The notes under the pieces are model-generated. The model was not told where the DNA came from and did no database searches. It saw only the letters and a list, made by a program, of their open reading frames with translations. A stretch of DNA of 64,000 nucleotides, taken from contig NZ_JASJOY010000022.1 of NCBI RefSeq assembly GCF_031426985.1, positions 10,871-74,870 of the forward strand, given 5' to 3'. Made by a program: the position numbers and the translations under genes. The stretch comes from Hydrogenophaga sp. (lineage in GTDB: Bacteria > Pseudomonadota > Gammaproteobacteria > Burkholderiales > Burkholderiaceae_C). Numbering within the stretch: position 1 is the stretch's first letter; each line of letters starts with the position of its first letter. Of this stretch, positions 11,152 to 23,753 are shown one piece after another.

Positions 11152-12855
11152 ATGCCAGCCGCCGACGCGCCACAGCGCCCCCACCACCGTTTCTGGCCCA
11201 AGCGGCTGCCGCATCGCATCACACCACCGGCCACCTCGCTGTGGTTCAACCTGGTGGTCAGCGCCACGCGCTATCCGGACAAGCCGGCCCTGGTCTTCTT
11301 CGACAGGTCCACCACCTACCGCGAGCTGCACGACCAGGCCGAGCGCCTGGCCGCGCATCTGCACGCGAACGGCGTGAAGGCCGGTGACCGCGTCATCCTG
11401 TTCATGCAGAACTGTCCGCAGTGGGTGGTGGCGCACTACGCCATCCTGCGGGCCAATGCGGTGGTGGTGCCGGTCAACCCGATGAACCGCGCCGAAGAGC
11501 TCAAGCACTACATCACCGACCCGGACGTGAAGCTCGCCATCAGCGCGGCCGATCTGGCGAGCGATCTGCTCCAGGCCAATGCCGAGCTGCCCGAGGCGCA
11601 GCGCCTGGCACACCTGGTGGTGGCGCATTACCACGACGCCATCGGCCCGCAGGCCGAAATGCCGGCTGCGTGGGAGCCCTGGCTGAAGACGCGCCACCCG
11701 CTGCCCGCCATGCCCGGCGGCACTGTGGCCGACTGGGCCGATGCGCTGGCCTGCAGCGCCGCGCCGCCGGTGCACGACCGCATGCCCGAAGACCTGAGCG
11801 TGCTGCCCTACACCAGCGGCACCACCGGCCTGCCCAAGGGCTGCGTGCACACCCACGCCAGCCTGATGCACAACGCCGTGGCCGGCCAGCTGTGGACCGG
11901 CGGCACGCACGAGAACGTGTCGCTGGTGGTGGTGCCCATGTTCCACATCACCGGCATGGTGGTGGGCATGCATTCGGGCGTCTACACCGGGGCCACGCTG
12001 GTCATCATGCCGCGCTGGGACCGCGAGCTCGCGGGGCGCCTGATCTCCAGCTGGAGGGTCACGCACTGGACCAACATCCCCACCATGGTGATCGACCTGC
12101 TGGCCAGCCCGCGCTTCGATCAATACGACCTCTCCAGCCTGGTCTTCATCGGCGGCGGCGGCGCCGCCATGCCGCAGGCGGTGGCGCAGCGCCTGTTCGA
12201 GCAGTTCGGCCTGCGGTATGCCGAAGGCTATGGCCTGACCGAGACCGCCGCGCCGTCGCACAACAACCCGGCCGACGCCCCCAAGCAGCAGTGCCTGGGC
12301 ATCCCGTTCCTTAGCGTGGACGCGCGCGTGGTGGACCCCGAAACCCTGCAGGAAATGCCACAGGGCGAGGCCGGTGAAATCATCATCCGCGGCCCGCAGG
12401 TGTTCAGCGGCTACTGGAAGCGGCCCGACGCCACGGCGGCGGCCTTCATCGACTTCAACGGACAGAAATTCTTCCGCTCCGGCGACCTCGGGCGCGTGGA
12501 CGAGGACGGCTATTTCTTCATCACCGACCGCCTCAAACGCATGATCAACGCCAGCGGCTTCAAGGTCTGGCCGGCCGAGGTGGAGGCGCTGATGTTCAAG
12601 CACCCGGCCATCGCCGAGGCCTGTGTCATCAGCACCCAGGACGGCTACCGTGGCGAGAGCGTCAAGGCGGTGGTGGTGCTGCGCGAGGCCGCCCGAGGCC
12701 AGACCACGGAGCAGGACATCGTGGACTGGTGCCGCGAACACATGGCGGTCTACAAGGCCCCGCGCATGGTGCAGTTCGTCGACGCGCTGCCCAAGAGCGG
12801 CAGCGGCAAGGTGATGTGGCGGCTGCTGCAGGAGCAGGAGGCCGCGCCCACCTGA
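11152..12855 (+). CDS. long-chain fatty acid-CoA ligase
   Basis: YTSGTTGLPKG, YGLTE, FRSGDLG and LPKSGSGK adenylation motifs; ATG 11152 follows AGGAG. Confidence 0.9.
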   Translation: MPAADAPQRPHHRFWPKRLPHRITPPATSLWFNLVVSATRYPDKPALVFFDRSTTYRELHDQAERLAAHLHANGVKAGDRVILFMQNCPQWVVAHYAILRANAVVVPVNPMNRAEELKHYITDPDVKLAISAADLASDLLQANAELPEAQRLAHLVVAHYHDAIGPQAEMPAAWEPWLKTRHPLPAMPGGTVADWADALACSAAPPVHDRMPEDLSVLPYTSGTTGLPKGCVHTHASLMHNAVAGQLWTGGTHENVSLVVVPMFHITGMVVGMHSGVYTGATLVIMPRWDRELAGRLISSWRVTHWTNIPTMVIDLLASPRFDQYDLSSLVFIGGGGAAMPQAVAQRLFEQFGLRYAEGYGLTETAAPSHNNPADAPKQQCLGIPFLSVDARVVDPETLQEMPQGEAGEIIIRGPQVFSGYWKRPDATAAAFIDFNGQKFFRSGDLGRVDEDGYFFITDRLKRMINASGFKVWPAEVEALMFKHPAIAEACVISTQDGYRGESVKAVVVLREAARGQTTEQDIVDWCREHMAVYKAPRMVQFVDALPKSGSGKVMWRLLQEQEAAPT

Positions 12856-12884
12856 GGGCGCAGGGCCCGCGGCACAATCGGCGC

Positions 12885-13127
12885 ATGAAGCCGATTCCGC
12901 ATCCCTTGTGGCGCCTCTGGCAACCGCGGAGCCAGCTGTTCTGGCTCGTGTTGCTGGTCAATGCCCTGTCGGCCGTGCTGGTCGCCTACCTGCGGGTCGC
13001 GCAGCCCGACGGCGCTGTGCGCTGGGCGGTCAGCCTGCTGGCGTTGACCGACACGCTGCTGGGCTGGTGGCTGCTGCGCCGGCTGTGGCTGGACGGCGCC
13101 ACGCCGATCGCCGGCCCGAACACCTGA
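12885..13127 (+). CDS. small hypothetical membrane protein with two TM helices
   Basis: 80-aa hydrophobic ORF with GC3-biased codons. Confidence 0.6.
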   Translation: MKPIPHPLWRLWQPRSQLFWLVLLVNALSAVLVAYLRVAQPDGAVRWAVSLLALTDTLLGWWLLRRLWLDGATPIAGPNT

Positions 13128-13148
13128 GCGCCGCGGTCGGCGGCGCGC

Positions 13149-14012
13149 TCAGTCGTCGACGCCGGGGGCCGGCACGATGTGCCGGTAGGCGTGCCAGGTG
13201 GCGTGGCCGATCACGGGGCCGACGATGAACAGGCCCAGGAAGGCCGGCAACATCGCCAGCACGATGCTGCCGGTGATCAGCGCACCCCAGAACAGCATCA
13301 CGCCCGGGTTCTGCACGCAGGCGCGGATGCTGGTCAGGCCGGCCGAGACCGCATCGACCTGGCGGTCCATGATCATGGGGATGGAGATCACGCTGGTCAC
13401 GAAGATCAGGCCGGCGAACACGCCACCGACCACCGTGTAGGTGATGAGAAACCCGATGTTCTCGGGATCGAACAGCATGGCCAGCAGGTTGGCCTTCTCG
13501 GGCATGGTGTTGAAGCTCACCGCGAACACCACCAGCGCCGCGCGGCCCCAGAGCATTTCCAGGATCAGCAGCACGCCGGCAAAGATGGCCATGGTGCTCC
13601 GGGTGGGCCGCCACGCCCCCAGCGAGGCGCGCAACGATGGGCGGTGCGTGTGCGTCTGCATGGCCTTGCTGGCGTCGTACAGGCCCAGGCACAGGAAGGG
13701 CCCCATGAGCAGAAAGCCCGCGCTCAGGGCCAGCAGGTACTGGGGCGCTCTCTGGAACAGGGCCAGCAGCGCGTGGCCCATGACGAAGAAGCACAGACCG
13801 TAGAACAGGCCGATGCGCGGGCAGCGTCGGAAGTCGGCCCAGCCGAGCCGGAGCCACTGGATCGGGTCCGAGAAGCGCAGCTGCGCCAGCGGCAGGGTGA
13901 AGAGGGACGACTCGCGTTCGGCCGAACGTTCATCGGCCGCGGGTGAGGGTGTGGTGTCGGTCGGCTCGGGCGGTGTTGCCTCTGTTGCCGCCGCGTGTAG
14001 GGCATCTGCCAT
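13149..14012 (-). CDS. DUF2189 integral membrane protein
   Basis: WL..GW.DF, GF.L.GP.L..GLY..S and C-terminal P.IGHATWHAYR motifs; ATG 14012 follows GGAG. Confidence 0.85.
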   Translation of the reverse strand: MADALHAAATEATPPEPTDTTPSPAADERSAERESSLFTLPLAQLRFSDPIQWLRLGWADFRRCPRIGLFYGLCFFVMGHALLALFQRAPQYLLALSAGFLLMGPFLCLGLYDASKAMQTHTHRPSLRASLGAWRPTRSTMAIFAGVLLILEMLWGRAALVVFAVSFNTMPEKANLLAMLFDPENIGFLITYTVVGGVFAGLIFVTSVISIPMIMDRQVDAVSAGLTSIRACVQNPGVMLFWGALITGSIVLAMLPAFLGLFIVGPVIGHATWHAYRHIVPAPGVDD

Positions 14013-14043
14013 GGTTGTCTCCGTTCGGGAAACAATATAACCA

Positions 14044-14057
14044 TTGACAAATATCAA
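14044..14057. promoter_or_regulatory. FNR/Anr-type box upstream of the DUF2189 gene
   Basis: TTGAC-AAAT-ATCAA, one mismatch from TTGAT-N4-ATCAA, in an AT-rich intergenic patch. Confidence 0.6.
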
Positions 14058-14146
14058 GCCGCATATGGTTTACCCCATGGGGTAGCAGGGTCTTGCCGGG
14101 CGGCGGCGCCAGATCGGCCGTTGCATCCGCCGTTTTCGGCGGCCCG

Positions 14147-14605
14147 TCAGTGGGGGTGCGCGCCGCGGTGCGGGCCGCTGTCGCGGTGCCCCGGGGCCTC
14201 CGCGCGTTCGCTCATTTCCCGGCGCATGTGCAGCGCCAGCGCCGCGTCCAGCGACTGGGTGTGTTTGGCGAACCAGGCCGCCAATTCGCCGGCCATTTCT
14301 CGCACCGGTTGCAGGTCGCCCGCGCGCGCCATGGCCAGGCCCTCGCGCAGCACGTTGAGCACCACCCGGTGCTGCAGGATGTGGTTGTCGGCCGACGCAA
14401 AACGCGTCTTGCGCATCCATTCGTCTTCGCGTCCGAAGTGGTGCACGGTGTGGTCGAGCACCGCCGACCAGGCCTGGGGCAGGGCGTCGTCGGGGGCGGT
14501 CTGGGCCATGGCCAGCAGGTCCACAAATTCGCGATGGACCTTGTCCATGGGTTCAAAGTCCAGCAGCAGGGCGTCGGACCATTCGACGGTGTTCACAGGG
14601 TTCAT
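14147..14605 (-). CDS. single-domain bacteriohemerythrin
   Basis: W.D.L.L....MD..H.EF, HF..E..WM and H...H iron ligands; ATG 14605 follows GGAGG. Confidence 0.85.
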   Translation of the reverse strand: MNPVNTVEWSDALLLDFEPMDKVHREFVDLLAMAQTAPDDALPQAWSAVLDHTVHHFGREDEWMRKTRFASADNHILQHRVVLNVLREGLAMARAGDLQPVREMAGELAAWFAKHTQSLDAALALHMRREMSERAEAPGHRDSGPHRGAHPH

Positions 14606-14657
14606 AGCGGCCTCCTTCGCAATGCGCACAGCTTGACAGTGCGGGGATGGCGCCGTT

Positions 14658-14671
14658 TTGATCCAGCGCAG
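14658..14671. promoter_or_regulatory. possible FNR-type box upstream of hemerythrin
   Basis: TTGAT-CCAG-CGCAG, one perfect half-site, about 60 nt upstream of the start codon. Confidence 0.4.
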
Positions 14672-14727
14672 AAACTGGGCCGCCTGGCCGGTGAGCCGGC
14701 GCCGGTGCGCCGCTACACTGCCGGCCC

Positions 14728-15471
14728 ATGAGCCTGCACGCTTACCCACCCCCCTACGTGCCCCTGAGCGGGCTGGACGACGCCCTGGCCCGCACCGGGT
14801 TTGTCCTGTTGAGTGCCGCCGATGTGCGGGGCTGGCTGCGCACCGATGCGGCCGCCCTCGATGCCCTGCACGCCAGCTGGAACGATCTGCCGCCCGACGG
14901 ATTCCTCAAGGACGGTGGGCGCTACCGGCGCCGGCGCCACAGCTGCTTCGTGGTGGAGGGCGCCGAAGTGCAGCTGGCCCCGCACCGCGCGCACTGGCAG
15001 CCGCTGGAATACAACGCGCTGCACGGCGGCATGCAGCGCTGGTTCGAGCCCATGGACGGGGCGGTCGTGGCGTCGCCGCTGTGGCGCACCCTGCTGGGCA
15101 CCTTGGGCCAGGCGGTGTCGGCCCTGCAAGGCGCGCGGCCCTGGTTTGTGGAGGCCCATCCCTTTCGCATCGACACCACCGACGGCATCGGCCGGCCCAC
15201 GCCCGAAGGCGCGCACCGCGACGGGGTGGACCTGGTCGCCGTGTTCATGCTCGGGCGCCACGGCATCAAGGGCGGCGAGAGCCGCGTGTTCGAGGCCAAC
15301 GGCCCCAGCGGCCAGCGCTTCACGCTCAGCGAACCCTGGTCGCTGCTGCTGCTGGACGACGCGCGCGTGATCCACGAGACCACGCCCATCCAGCCGCTGG
15401 TGGCCGGCGAGCTGGGCTGGCGCGACACCCTGGTGCTGACCTACCGGCGCGGCGGCTTCCAGGGCGACTGA
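14728..15471 (+). CDS. 2OG-Fe(II) dioxygenase family protein
   Basis: R.RR.S, PEG.HRDG (HxD) and distal IHETTP His, with C-terminal RD.LV.T. Confidence 0.8.
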   Translation: MSLHAYPPPYVPLSGLDDALARTGFVLLSAADVRGWLRTDAAALDALHASWNDLPPDGFLKDGGRYRRRRHSCFVVEGAEVQLAPHRAHWQPLEYNALHGGMQRWFEPMDGAVVASPLWRTLLGTLGQAVSALQGARPWFVEAHPFRIDTTDGIGRPTPEGAHRDGVDLVAVFMLGRHGIKGGESRVFEANGPSGQRFTLSEPWSLLLLDDARVIHETTPIQPLVAGELGWRDTLVLTYRRGGFQGD

Positions 15472-15616
15472 CGGCCGCGTGCCCGGACCCGGCGCGGGGC
15501 CGGTGCAAGGTCTTTTCGCGCGGGGGCACGCGCCTGCGGCGCAGCCGGGACAATGGCCCGCACCGCTGGCGCATGGGGCGCCAGTGCCCCCGTTTCCTGC
15601 CTGAAAGCCCCCGCCC

Positions 15617-16687
15617 ATGTTGTCCTGGTTCACCGCGGTGCCGTTCGCCGCTGCCGCCGTGCTCGGCCTGTCTTTTGTCGGCATGGCGGGCGCTGGGTGG
15701 TGGATGGTGGTGTGCGCCCTGATGCTGGTGGGCGCGGTGATCGCCGCGGTGCACCACGCCGAGGTGGTGGCGCACCGGGTGGGTGAGCCGTTCGGCACCC
15801 TGGTGCTGGCAGTGGCCATCACCGTGATCGAGGTGGCGCTGATCGTCTCGATGATGCTGACTGGCGGCCCGGACAAGGCCACCCTGCCGCGCGACACCAT
15901 CTATTCGGCCGTCATGATCATCTGCACCGGCGTGGTCGGCCTGTGCCTGCTGGTGGGGGGGCTGCGTCACCACGAACAGAACTTCCGCCTCGACGGCTCC
16001 AACTCCGCGCTGGCGGCCCTGGTGGCCCTGGCCGGGCTGTCGCTGGTCATGCCCACCTTCACCACCAGCGCCGGGGTGGGGCTGTACACGGTGTCGCAAC
16101 TGGTGTTCGTGGGCCTGTCGTCCGTGGCCCTGTGGCTGGTGTTCGTGTTCGTGCAGACCGTGCGCCACCGCGACTATTTCCTGCCGCCCTCCGACGCCTC
16201 GAACGAGGCCGAGCACGCCCACCCGCCCGGCAACGCGCAGGCCTGGGCCAGCTTTGGCCTGCTGCTGCTGGCACTGGTGTCGGTGGTGGGGCTGGCCAAG
16301 CAGCTCTCGCCCAGCATCGAGGCGGGCGTGGCCGCGCTGGGGGCCCCCAAGGCCGTCATCGGCATCGCCATCGCGCTGCTGGTGCTGCTGCCCGAGACCT
16401 GGGCCGCCGTCCGCGCCGCGCGCGCCAACCGCCTGCAGACCAGCATGAACCTGGCGCTGGGTTCGGCGCTGGCCAGCATCGGGCTGACCATCCCGGCGGT
16501 GGTGACGGCTTCGGTGCTGCTGGGCCTGCCCCTGGTGCTGGGCCTCACGCCCAAGGACCTGGTGCTGCTGGTGCTGACCTTCATGGTCAGCACGCTCACC
16601 CTGGCCACCGGCCGCACCAACGTCATGCTGGGTGCCGTGCACCTGGTGCTGTTCGCGGCCTTCCTGTTCCTGTCGCTGGTGCCCTGA
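15617..16687 (+). CDS. chaA: Ca2+/H+ antiporter, ChaA family
   Basis: HHAEVVAHRVGEPFGTLVLA and LLPE..AA..AA.ANRLQTSMNLA.GS alpha repeats. Confidence 0.88.
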   Translation: MLSWFTAVPFAAAAVLGLSFVGMAGAGWWMVVCALMLVGAVIAAVHHAEVVAHRVGEPFGTLVLAVAITVIEVALIVSMMLTGGPDKATLPRDTIYSAVMIICTGVVGLCLLVGGLRHHEQNFRLDGSNSALAALVALAGLSLVMPTFTTSAGVGLYTVSQLVFVGLSSVALWLVFVFVQTVRHRDYFLPPSDASNEAEHAHPPGNAQAWASFGLLLLALVSVVGLAKQLSPSIEAGVAALGAPKAVIGIAIALLVLLPETWAAVRAARANRLQTSMNLALGSALASIGLTIPAVVTASVLLGLPLVLGLTPKDLVLLVLTFMVSTLTLATGRTNVMLGAVHLVLFAAFLFLSLVP

Positions 16688-16702
16688 CGCCGGGGGCCGG
16701 TG

Positions 16703-17002
16703 TCAGGTGTCGATCACCGCGGCGCGCCGGCCTGCGGCGCGCTCGTCCGCGTGGCGGCGGATGTGTGCCGGCAGACGCGCGAGCAGCCAGCGCAGCGCCA
16801 TCGGCACGATGACCAGGTCGTCGACCATGCCCAGCACGGGGATCATGTCCGGGATCAGGTCGATGGGCGAGAGCAGGTAGAGCACGATGGCTGCCGCGCC
16901 GGCCTTGAGCCAGCCCGGCGCTTCCGGGTGCCCCAGCGCGAACCAGAGCCGCTTCGCATCACCGCGCACGGCCAGCCACAACACCGACAGACGTTTCCAC
17001 AT
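16703..17002 (-). CDS. YkvA/DUF1232 family protein
   Basis: YLLSPIDLIPD.IPVLG..DD motif; start moved to ATG 17002. Confidence 0.85.
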   Translation of the reverse strand: MWKRLSVLWLAVRGDAKRLWFALGHPEAPGWLKAGAAAIVLYLLSPIDLIPDMIPVLGMVDDLVIVPMALRWLLARLPAHIRRHADERAAGRRAAVIDT

Positions 17003-17126
17003 ACCTGCACCTCCAGAACACTGGCGGTCCGGAACACCCGGACAGCGCACGGTGTGGGGCGGTAGACCGCAAATGCAGGGGCCGGGTTCCCCCAGGCGCG
17101 AGCGAGTGCTAAATCCAGCACACGCC

Positions 17127-17196
17127 GCGGAACCGGCTTTGCCGGGCCGCTGGCGTGGTCCCCTTTGGGGGGGCGCCGCGCAGCGGCGCAAGGGGG
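17127..17196. repeat. REP-like repeat, subfamily A
   Basis: GGAACCGGCTTTGCCGGGCC core plus GCGCAGCGGCGCAAGGGGG end. Confidence 0.85.
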
Positions 17197-17203
17197 TACC
17201 CGA

Positions 17204-18406
17204 TCACCCGATCACATCAAGCACATCATGGCAGGCGCCCATGGTGTGGTAGTCCACCTTGCCGGCCGGGCTCTTCTCGTCCGAGTGCTTGCGGTTGTCG
17301 GCCGTGAGGATGCGCCACCAGGCGCCGTGTTCGTGGTCCACGAAATGGCGCCAGGCATAGGCCCACAGGTGCTCGTAGGCGGCCCAGTAGCGCTGCTCGC
17401 CGGTGACGGTGGCCAGGCGCGCCGCGGCGGCCAGCGATTCGGCCTGCACCCAGAAATATTTGTCGCTGTCGCAGATGCTGCCGTCGGGTGCGAAGCCGTA
17501 GTACAGGCCGCCGTGTTCACCGTCCCAGGCCTTGTGCAGGGCGGTGTCGAAGAAGTGGCGCGCGCGTTCGACCAGGGCCGGGTTCGGGCGGCGTTCGTGC
17601 AGTTGCAGCAGCAGCTTGGTCCACTCGGTCAGGTGGCCGGGCTGGAAGCCCCAGGGCCGGAAGATGTTGGTCTTGTCGTCCTTGTTGTAGTCCCAGTCGA
17701 CCGACCAGTCGGCCCGGTAGTGCTCCCAGACCAGTCCATCGGCCAGGGCGGCCTGCCGCACGGTGATGTGCTCGGCCAGCAGGGCGGCGCGGTCCAGGTA
17801 GTGCGCCTCCTGCGTGGCGTCGAAGGCGGCCAGCAGCGCTTCGCACAGGTGCATGTTGGCGTTCTGGCCGCGGTAGGGCAGCAGTTGCCAGTCGGGCGTG
17901 GCTTCGTCGGCGTACAGGCCGTGCGCGGGTTCCCAGAAACGCTGTTCCAGCAGATCAAAGGTCTGCGCGATGCCCGCATGCGCCCCGGCCACGCCCGCCA
18001 TGTGCGCGTGGGCATGGGCCAGCAGCACGAAGGCCAGGCCGTAGGCGTGGTTGGTGCCGTCCAGCACGTGGGCCTTTCCGCTGCGCCAGTCCAGCAGCCA
18101 GGCGTAGCCGCCGGATTCGGGGTGGCGGTGGTGTGGCAGGAAGTCGAAGGCCTGTTGCAGCGCCTGGCGCACCAGCTCGCCACCCAGGCCGCGCCGCACC
18201 GCCATGCCCAGCGTGACCACGTAGCGGGTGCTGCTGACCAGGTGGCGCGTGTGGGCGTCGTAGACGCTGCCGTCGTCGCGCAGGAAGTGGAACAGGCCGC
18301 CGCTGGGGTCGAAGGCGCGCGGCAGGTAGAAGCCCAGCGTGTCTTCGATGTGCGCGCGCAGGAAGGCGGGGCTGCGGAAATCGGGCAAGGGAGTGGCGGG
18401 GATCAT
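17204..18406 (-). CDS. AGE family (N-acylglucosamine 2-epimerase-like) sugar epimerase/isomerase
   Basis: RGQNANMHLCEA, QPGHLTEW, FWVQAE and DYHTMGAC motifs; start moved to ATG 18406. Confidence 0.88.
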   Translation of the reverse strand: MIPATPLPDFRSPAFLRAHIEDTLGFYLPRAFDPSGGLFHFLRDDGSVYDAHTRHLVSSTRYVVTLGMAVRRGLGGELVRQALQQAFDFLPHHRHPESGGYAWLLDWRSGKAHVLDGTNHAYGLAFVLLAHAHAHMAGVAGAHAGIAQTFDLLEQRFWEPAHGLYADEATPDWQLLPYRGQNANMHLCEALLAAFDATQEAHYLDRAALLAEHITVRQAALADGLVWEHYRADWSVDWDYNKDDKTNIFRPWGFQPGHLTEWTKLLLQLHERRPNPALVERARHFFDTALHKAWDGEHGGLYYGFAPDGSICDSDKYFWVQAESLAAAARLATVTGEQRYWAAYEHLWAYAWRHFVDHEHGAWWRILTADNRKHSDEKSPAGKVDYHTMGACHDVLDVIG

Positions 18407-18408
18407 GC

Positions 18409-19074
18409 TCAGGCCTCGGTGGATCGTTGTTGCAGCAGCTGGGTGAAGAGACGGTGCTCGCAGTCCGGGTCGCTGCACTTCTCGCAGGTCCAGGGGCGGC
18501 GCCCCTGTTCCCAGTCGGGGTCCTGTGTCGTGAGGGACCGCTGGAGCGCGCCGCCGATGGCGCGCAGGGCCTGCTGCACGCGCAGCGCCAGTGGCCCGTA
18601 CAGCGTCTGGAACGGGATGCCGGCGGCCTGCAGCTCGCGGCGCAGCACGGTGTCGGTGGCGGACCGCAGGGCCGGTCCGTCGCGGAACAGGCCGTCGGGC
18701 ACCCAGGGCAGGTCCAGCCCCATCAGCAAGGTCAGCCCGTAGCGGTGCTGCTGTGCCATGGCCGCGGGCCAGAGCGAGCGGTCCTCGAAATACAGCTCGC
18801 TGTAGGCGGCGATCACCGCCGCGGTGGTGTCGGCCAGCACCACCTGGATCGTCGCGTCCTGGGTGGCGGATTCGATGGCCAGGGTCTGGGCGTTCGCGCG
18901 TGCGGCCTGTTCGTGCGCCAGCGGCGCGCGGCCCTGCGCTTCGCACCAGGTGCGCAGCTGTTCGGGGACCAGGGTGCAGGTGAGGCCCTGTGCCCGCAGC
19001 AAGGGCTGCAGGGCTTGGGCCAGTGTGGTTTTGCCGGAGGATTCGCCGCCGAGCAGGGTGACGGTCAGGGCCAT
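18409..19074 (-). CDS. stand-alone NadR-like P-loop ATPase/kinase with a Cys-rich tail
   Basis: LLGGESSGKTTL Walker A, DTT, D.PW.PDG..RD motifs; C-terminal CEKCSDPDCEH. Confidence 0.75.
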   Translation of the reverse strand: MALTVTLLGGESSGKTTLAQALQPLLRAQGLTCTLVPEQLRTWCEAQGRAPLAHEQAARANAQTLAIESATQDATIQVVLADTTAAVIAAYSELYFEDRSLWPAAMAQQHRYGLTLLMGLDLPWVPDGLFRDGPALRSATDTVLRRELQAAGIPFQTLYGPLALRVQQALRAIGGALQRSLTTQDPDWEQGRRPWTCEKCSDPDCEHRLFTQLLQQRSTEA

Positions 19075-19083
19075 GACGCGGTG

Positions 19084-19368
19084 TCAGGGCTTGTTCTGGG
19101 CGATCTGGACGAAGATTTCGTTGGGCTTGACCATGCCCAGGTCCTGGCGGGCGAGTTCCTCGACCATGTCCAGACCTTCCTGCAGATCGTTCACTTCGCT
19201 GGCGATCTGCTCGTTGCGCTGTTTGGCGTCGCGGTTGGTCAGCTCCAGGTCGGCCAGTGTCTGCTTCATCTGGCCCACCTGCGGCACACTGCCGCGGCCG
19301 AACCACAGCTGCGCGTGCAGCACCAGCAGCAGCGCGATCAGGAGGGCAGGGACGAAGCGGTGGGCCAC
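19084..19368 (-). CDS. ftsB: cell division protein FtsB
   Basis: TM helix, LWFG.GS, coiled coil, EELAR.DLGMVKPNE.F; follows eno; GTG start. Confidence 0.9.
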   Translation of the reverse strand: MAHRFVPALLIALLLVLHAQLWFGRGSVPQVGQMKQTLADLELTNRDAKQRNEQIASEVNDLQEGLDMVEELARQDLGMVKPNEIFVQIAQNKP

Positions 19369-19384
19369 GGAAGTGGTTCAGCTG

Positions 19385-19466
19385 GGCAGGCCGCAGCGCC
19401 GGGCCGCCCCAAGCAAGGCCAGCCCCCTTGGGGGGCAGCGACCCGCGCAGCGGCGGAGCGTGGGGG
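19385..19466. repeat. REP-like repeat, subfamily B, between eno and ftsB
   Basis: GCCGCCCCAAG...CCCCCTTGGGGGGCAGCGACCCGCGCAGCGGCGGAGCGTGGGGG. Confidence 0.85.
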
Positions 19467-19478
19467 CGGTCATGGTCT

Positions 19479-20786
<1,308 letters not shown>

Positions 20787-20799
20787 TCAATGACTGTGT

Positions 20800-21105
20800 T
20801 CAAAAGACCGGGGCGCTTACGCCCTCGACCAGGACCATGTTGAAAAATGCGGTGGCGCCCGCCCGCTTGGCACGGGCCTGGCGGTATTGCTCGCCGTCGT
20901 AGAAGGCCTTGGCCTGCTCGAAGCTGGGGAAGCGCAGCATGGCGATGCGCGCCGGCTGCCAGTCGCCTTCCATCACCTCGAACCGGCCACCGCGCACCAG
21001 GTACTCACCACCCGCGGCTTGCACGGCAGCAGGGGCCTCGGCCATGTACTGCTTGTACTGCTCCAGGTCGCTGATCTGCATGTCGACAATGATGTACGCA
21101 CTCAT
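20800..21105 (-). CDS. DUF1330 family protein
   Basis: [13 protein letters not shown] and FPS...A..FY....Y motifs. Confidence 0.85.
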   Translation of the reverse strand: MSAYIIVDMQISDLEQYKQYMAEAPAAVQAAGGEYLVRGGRFEVMEGDWQPARIAMLRFPSFEQAKAFYDGEQYRQARAKRAGATAFFNMVLVEGVSAPVF

Positions 21106-21956
21106 TGGAAATTCTCCTCCAGCAGCGGGTTTGTTTTGGTTACGGAATCGAGGGCCACCAGCGTTTCCAGCAGCGCCTTCATGTGCCTCAGCGGCACGGC
21201 GTTGGGGCCATCGGACCAGGCTTCGGCCGGCTTGGGGTGGGTTTCCATGAACAGGCCGGCCACGCCGGCGGCGACGCCGGCACGGGCCAGCACCGGCACC
21301 ATCTCGCGCGCACCACCGCTGGCACCGCCCAGGCCCCCGGGCTTCTGCACCGAATGGGTCACGTCAAACACCACCGGCGCGCCGGACTTGCGCATCTCGG
21401 CCAGGCTGGTCATGTCGGCCACGAGGTTGTTGTAGCCAAAGCTCACACCGCGCTCGCAGGCCAGGAAGCGGTCTTCCGACAGGCCTGCCTCGCGCGCGGC
21501 GGCGCGGGCCTTGTCGATCACGTTCTTCATGTCCCAGGGCGCGAGGAACTGGCCCTTCTTGATGTTCACCGGTTTGCCCGACTGGGCGACGGCGCGGATG
21601 AAATCGGTCTGGCGGCACAGGAAGGCCGGGGTCTGCAGCACGTCGACCACGCTGGCGACCTCGGCCACCTGCGATGCGTCGTGCACGTCGGTCAGGATGG
21701 GCAGCTGCAGCTGTTTGCGCACCTCTTCCAGAATCTTCAGACCGGCGTCCAGACCGACCCCGCGCTGGGTGGTGCCCGAGGACCGGTTTGCCTTGTCGAA
21801 CGAGCCTTTGTAGATCAGCGGGATGCCCAGCGATGTGCAGGCTTCCTTGAGCTGGCCCGCCACATCGAGCGACATCTGCAGCCCTTCGATGGAGCAGGTG
21901 CCGGCGATCAGGAAAAACCGTTTGTCCAGTCCGACATCGAATCCGCAGAGTTGCAT
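21102..21956 (-). CDS. kdsA: 3-deoxy-8-phosphooctulonate synthase
   Basis: [20 protein letters not shown] and NIKKGQF motifs; start moved to ATG 21956. Confidence 0.97.
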   Translation of the reverse strand: MQLCGFDVGLDKRFFLIAGTCSIEGLQMSLDVAGQLKEACTSLGIPLIYKGSFDKANRSSGTTQRGVGLDAGLKILEEVRKQLQLPILTDVHDASQVAEVASVVDVLQTPAFLCRQTDFIRAVAQSGKPVNIKKGQFLAPWDMKNVIDKARAAAREAGLSEDRFLACERGVSFGYNNLVADMTSLAEMRKSGAPVVFDVTHSVQKPGGLGGASGGAREMVPVLARAGVAAGVAGLFMETHPKPAEAWSDGPNAVPLRHMKALLETLVALDSVTKTNPLLEENFQ

Positions 21957-21967
21957 GGGGGCTCCGG

Positions 21968-23668
<1,701 letters not shown>

Positions 23669-23753
23669 TTATAAAGGGCGCCCCTGTCCGGCCCGGGACC
23701 CGGCCATTCCCGCCCGGCAGGCGAAAAACGTTCGAACTGCTACATTGCCGGCC

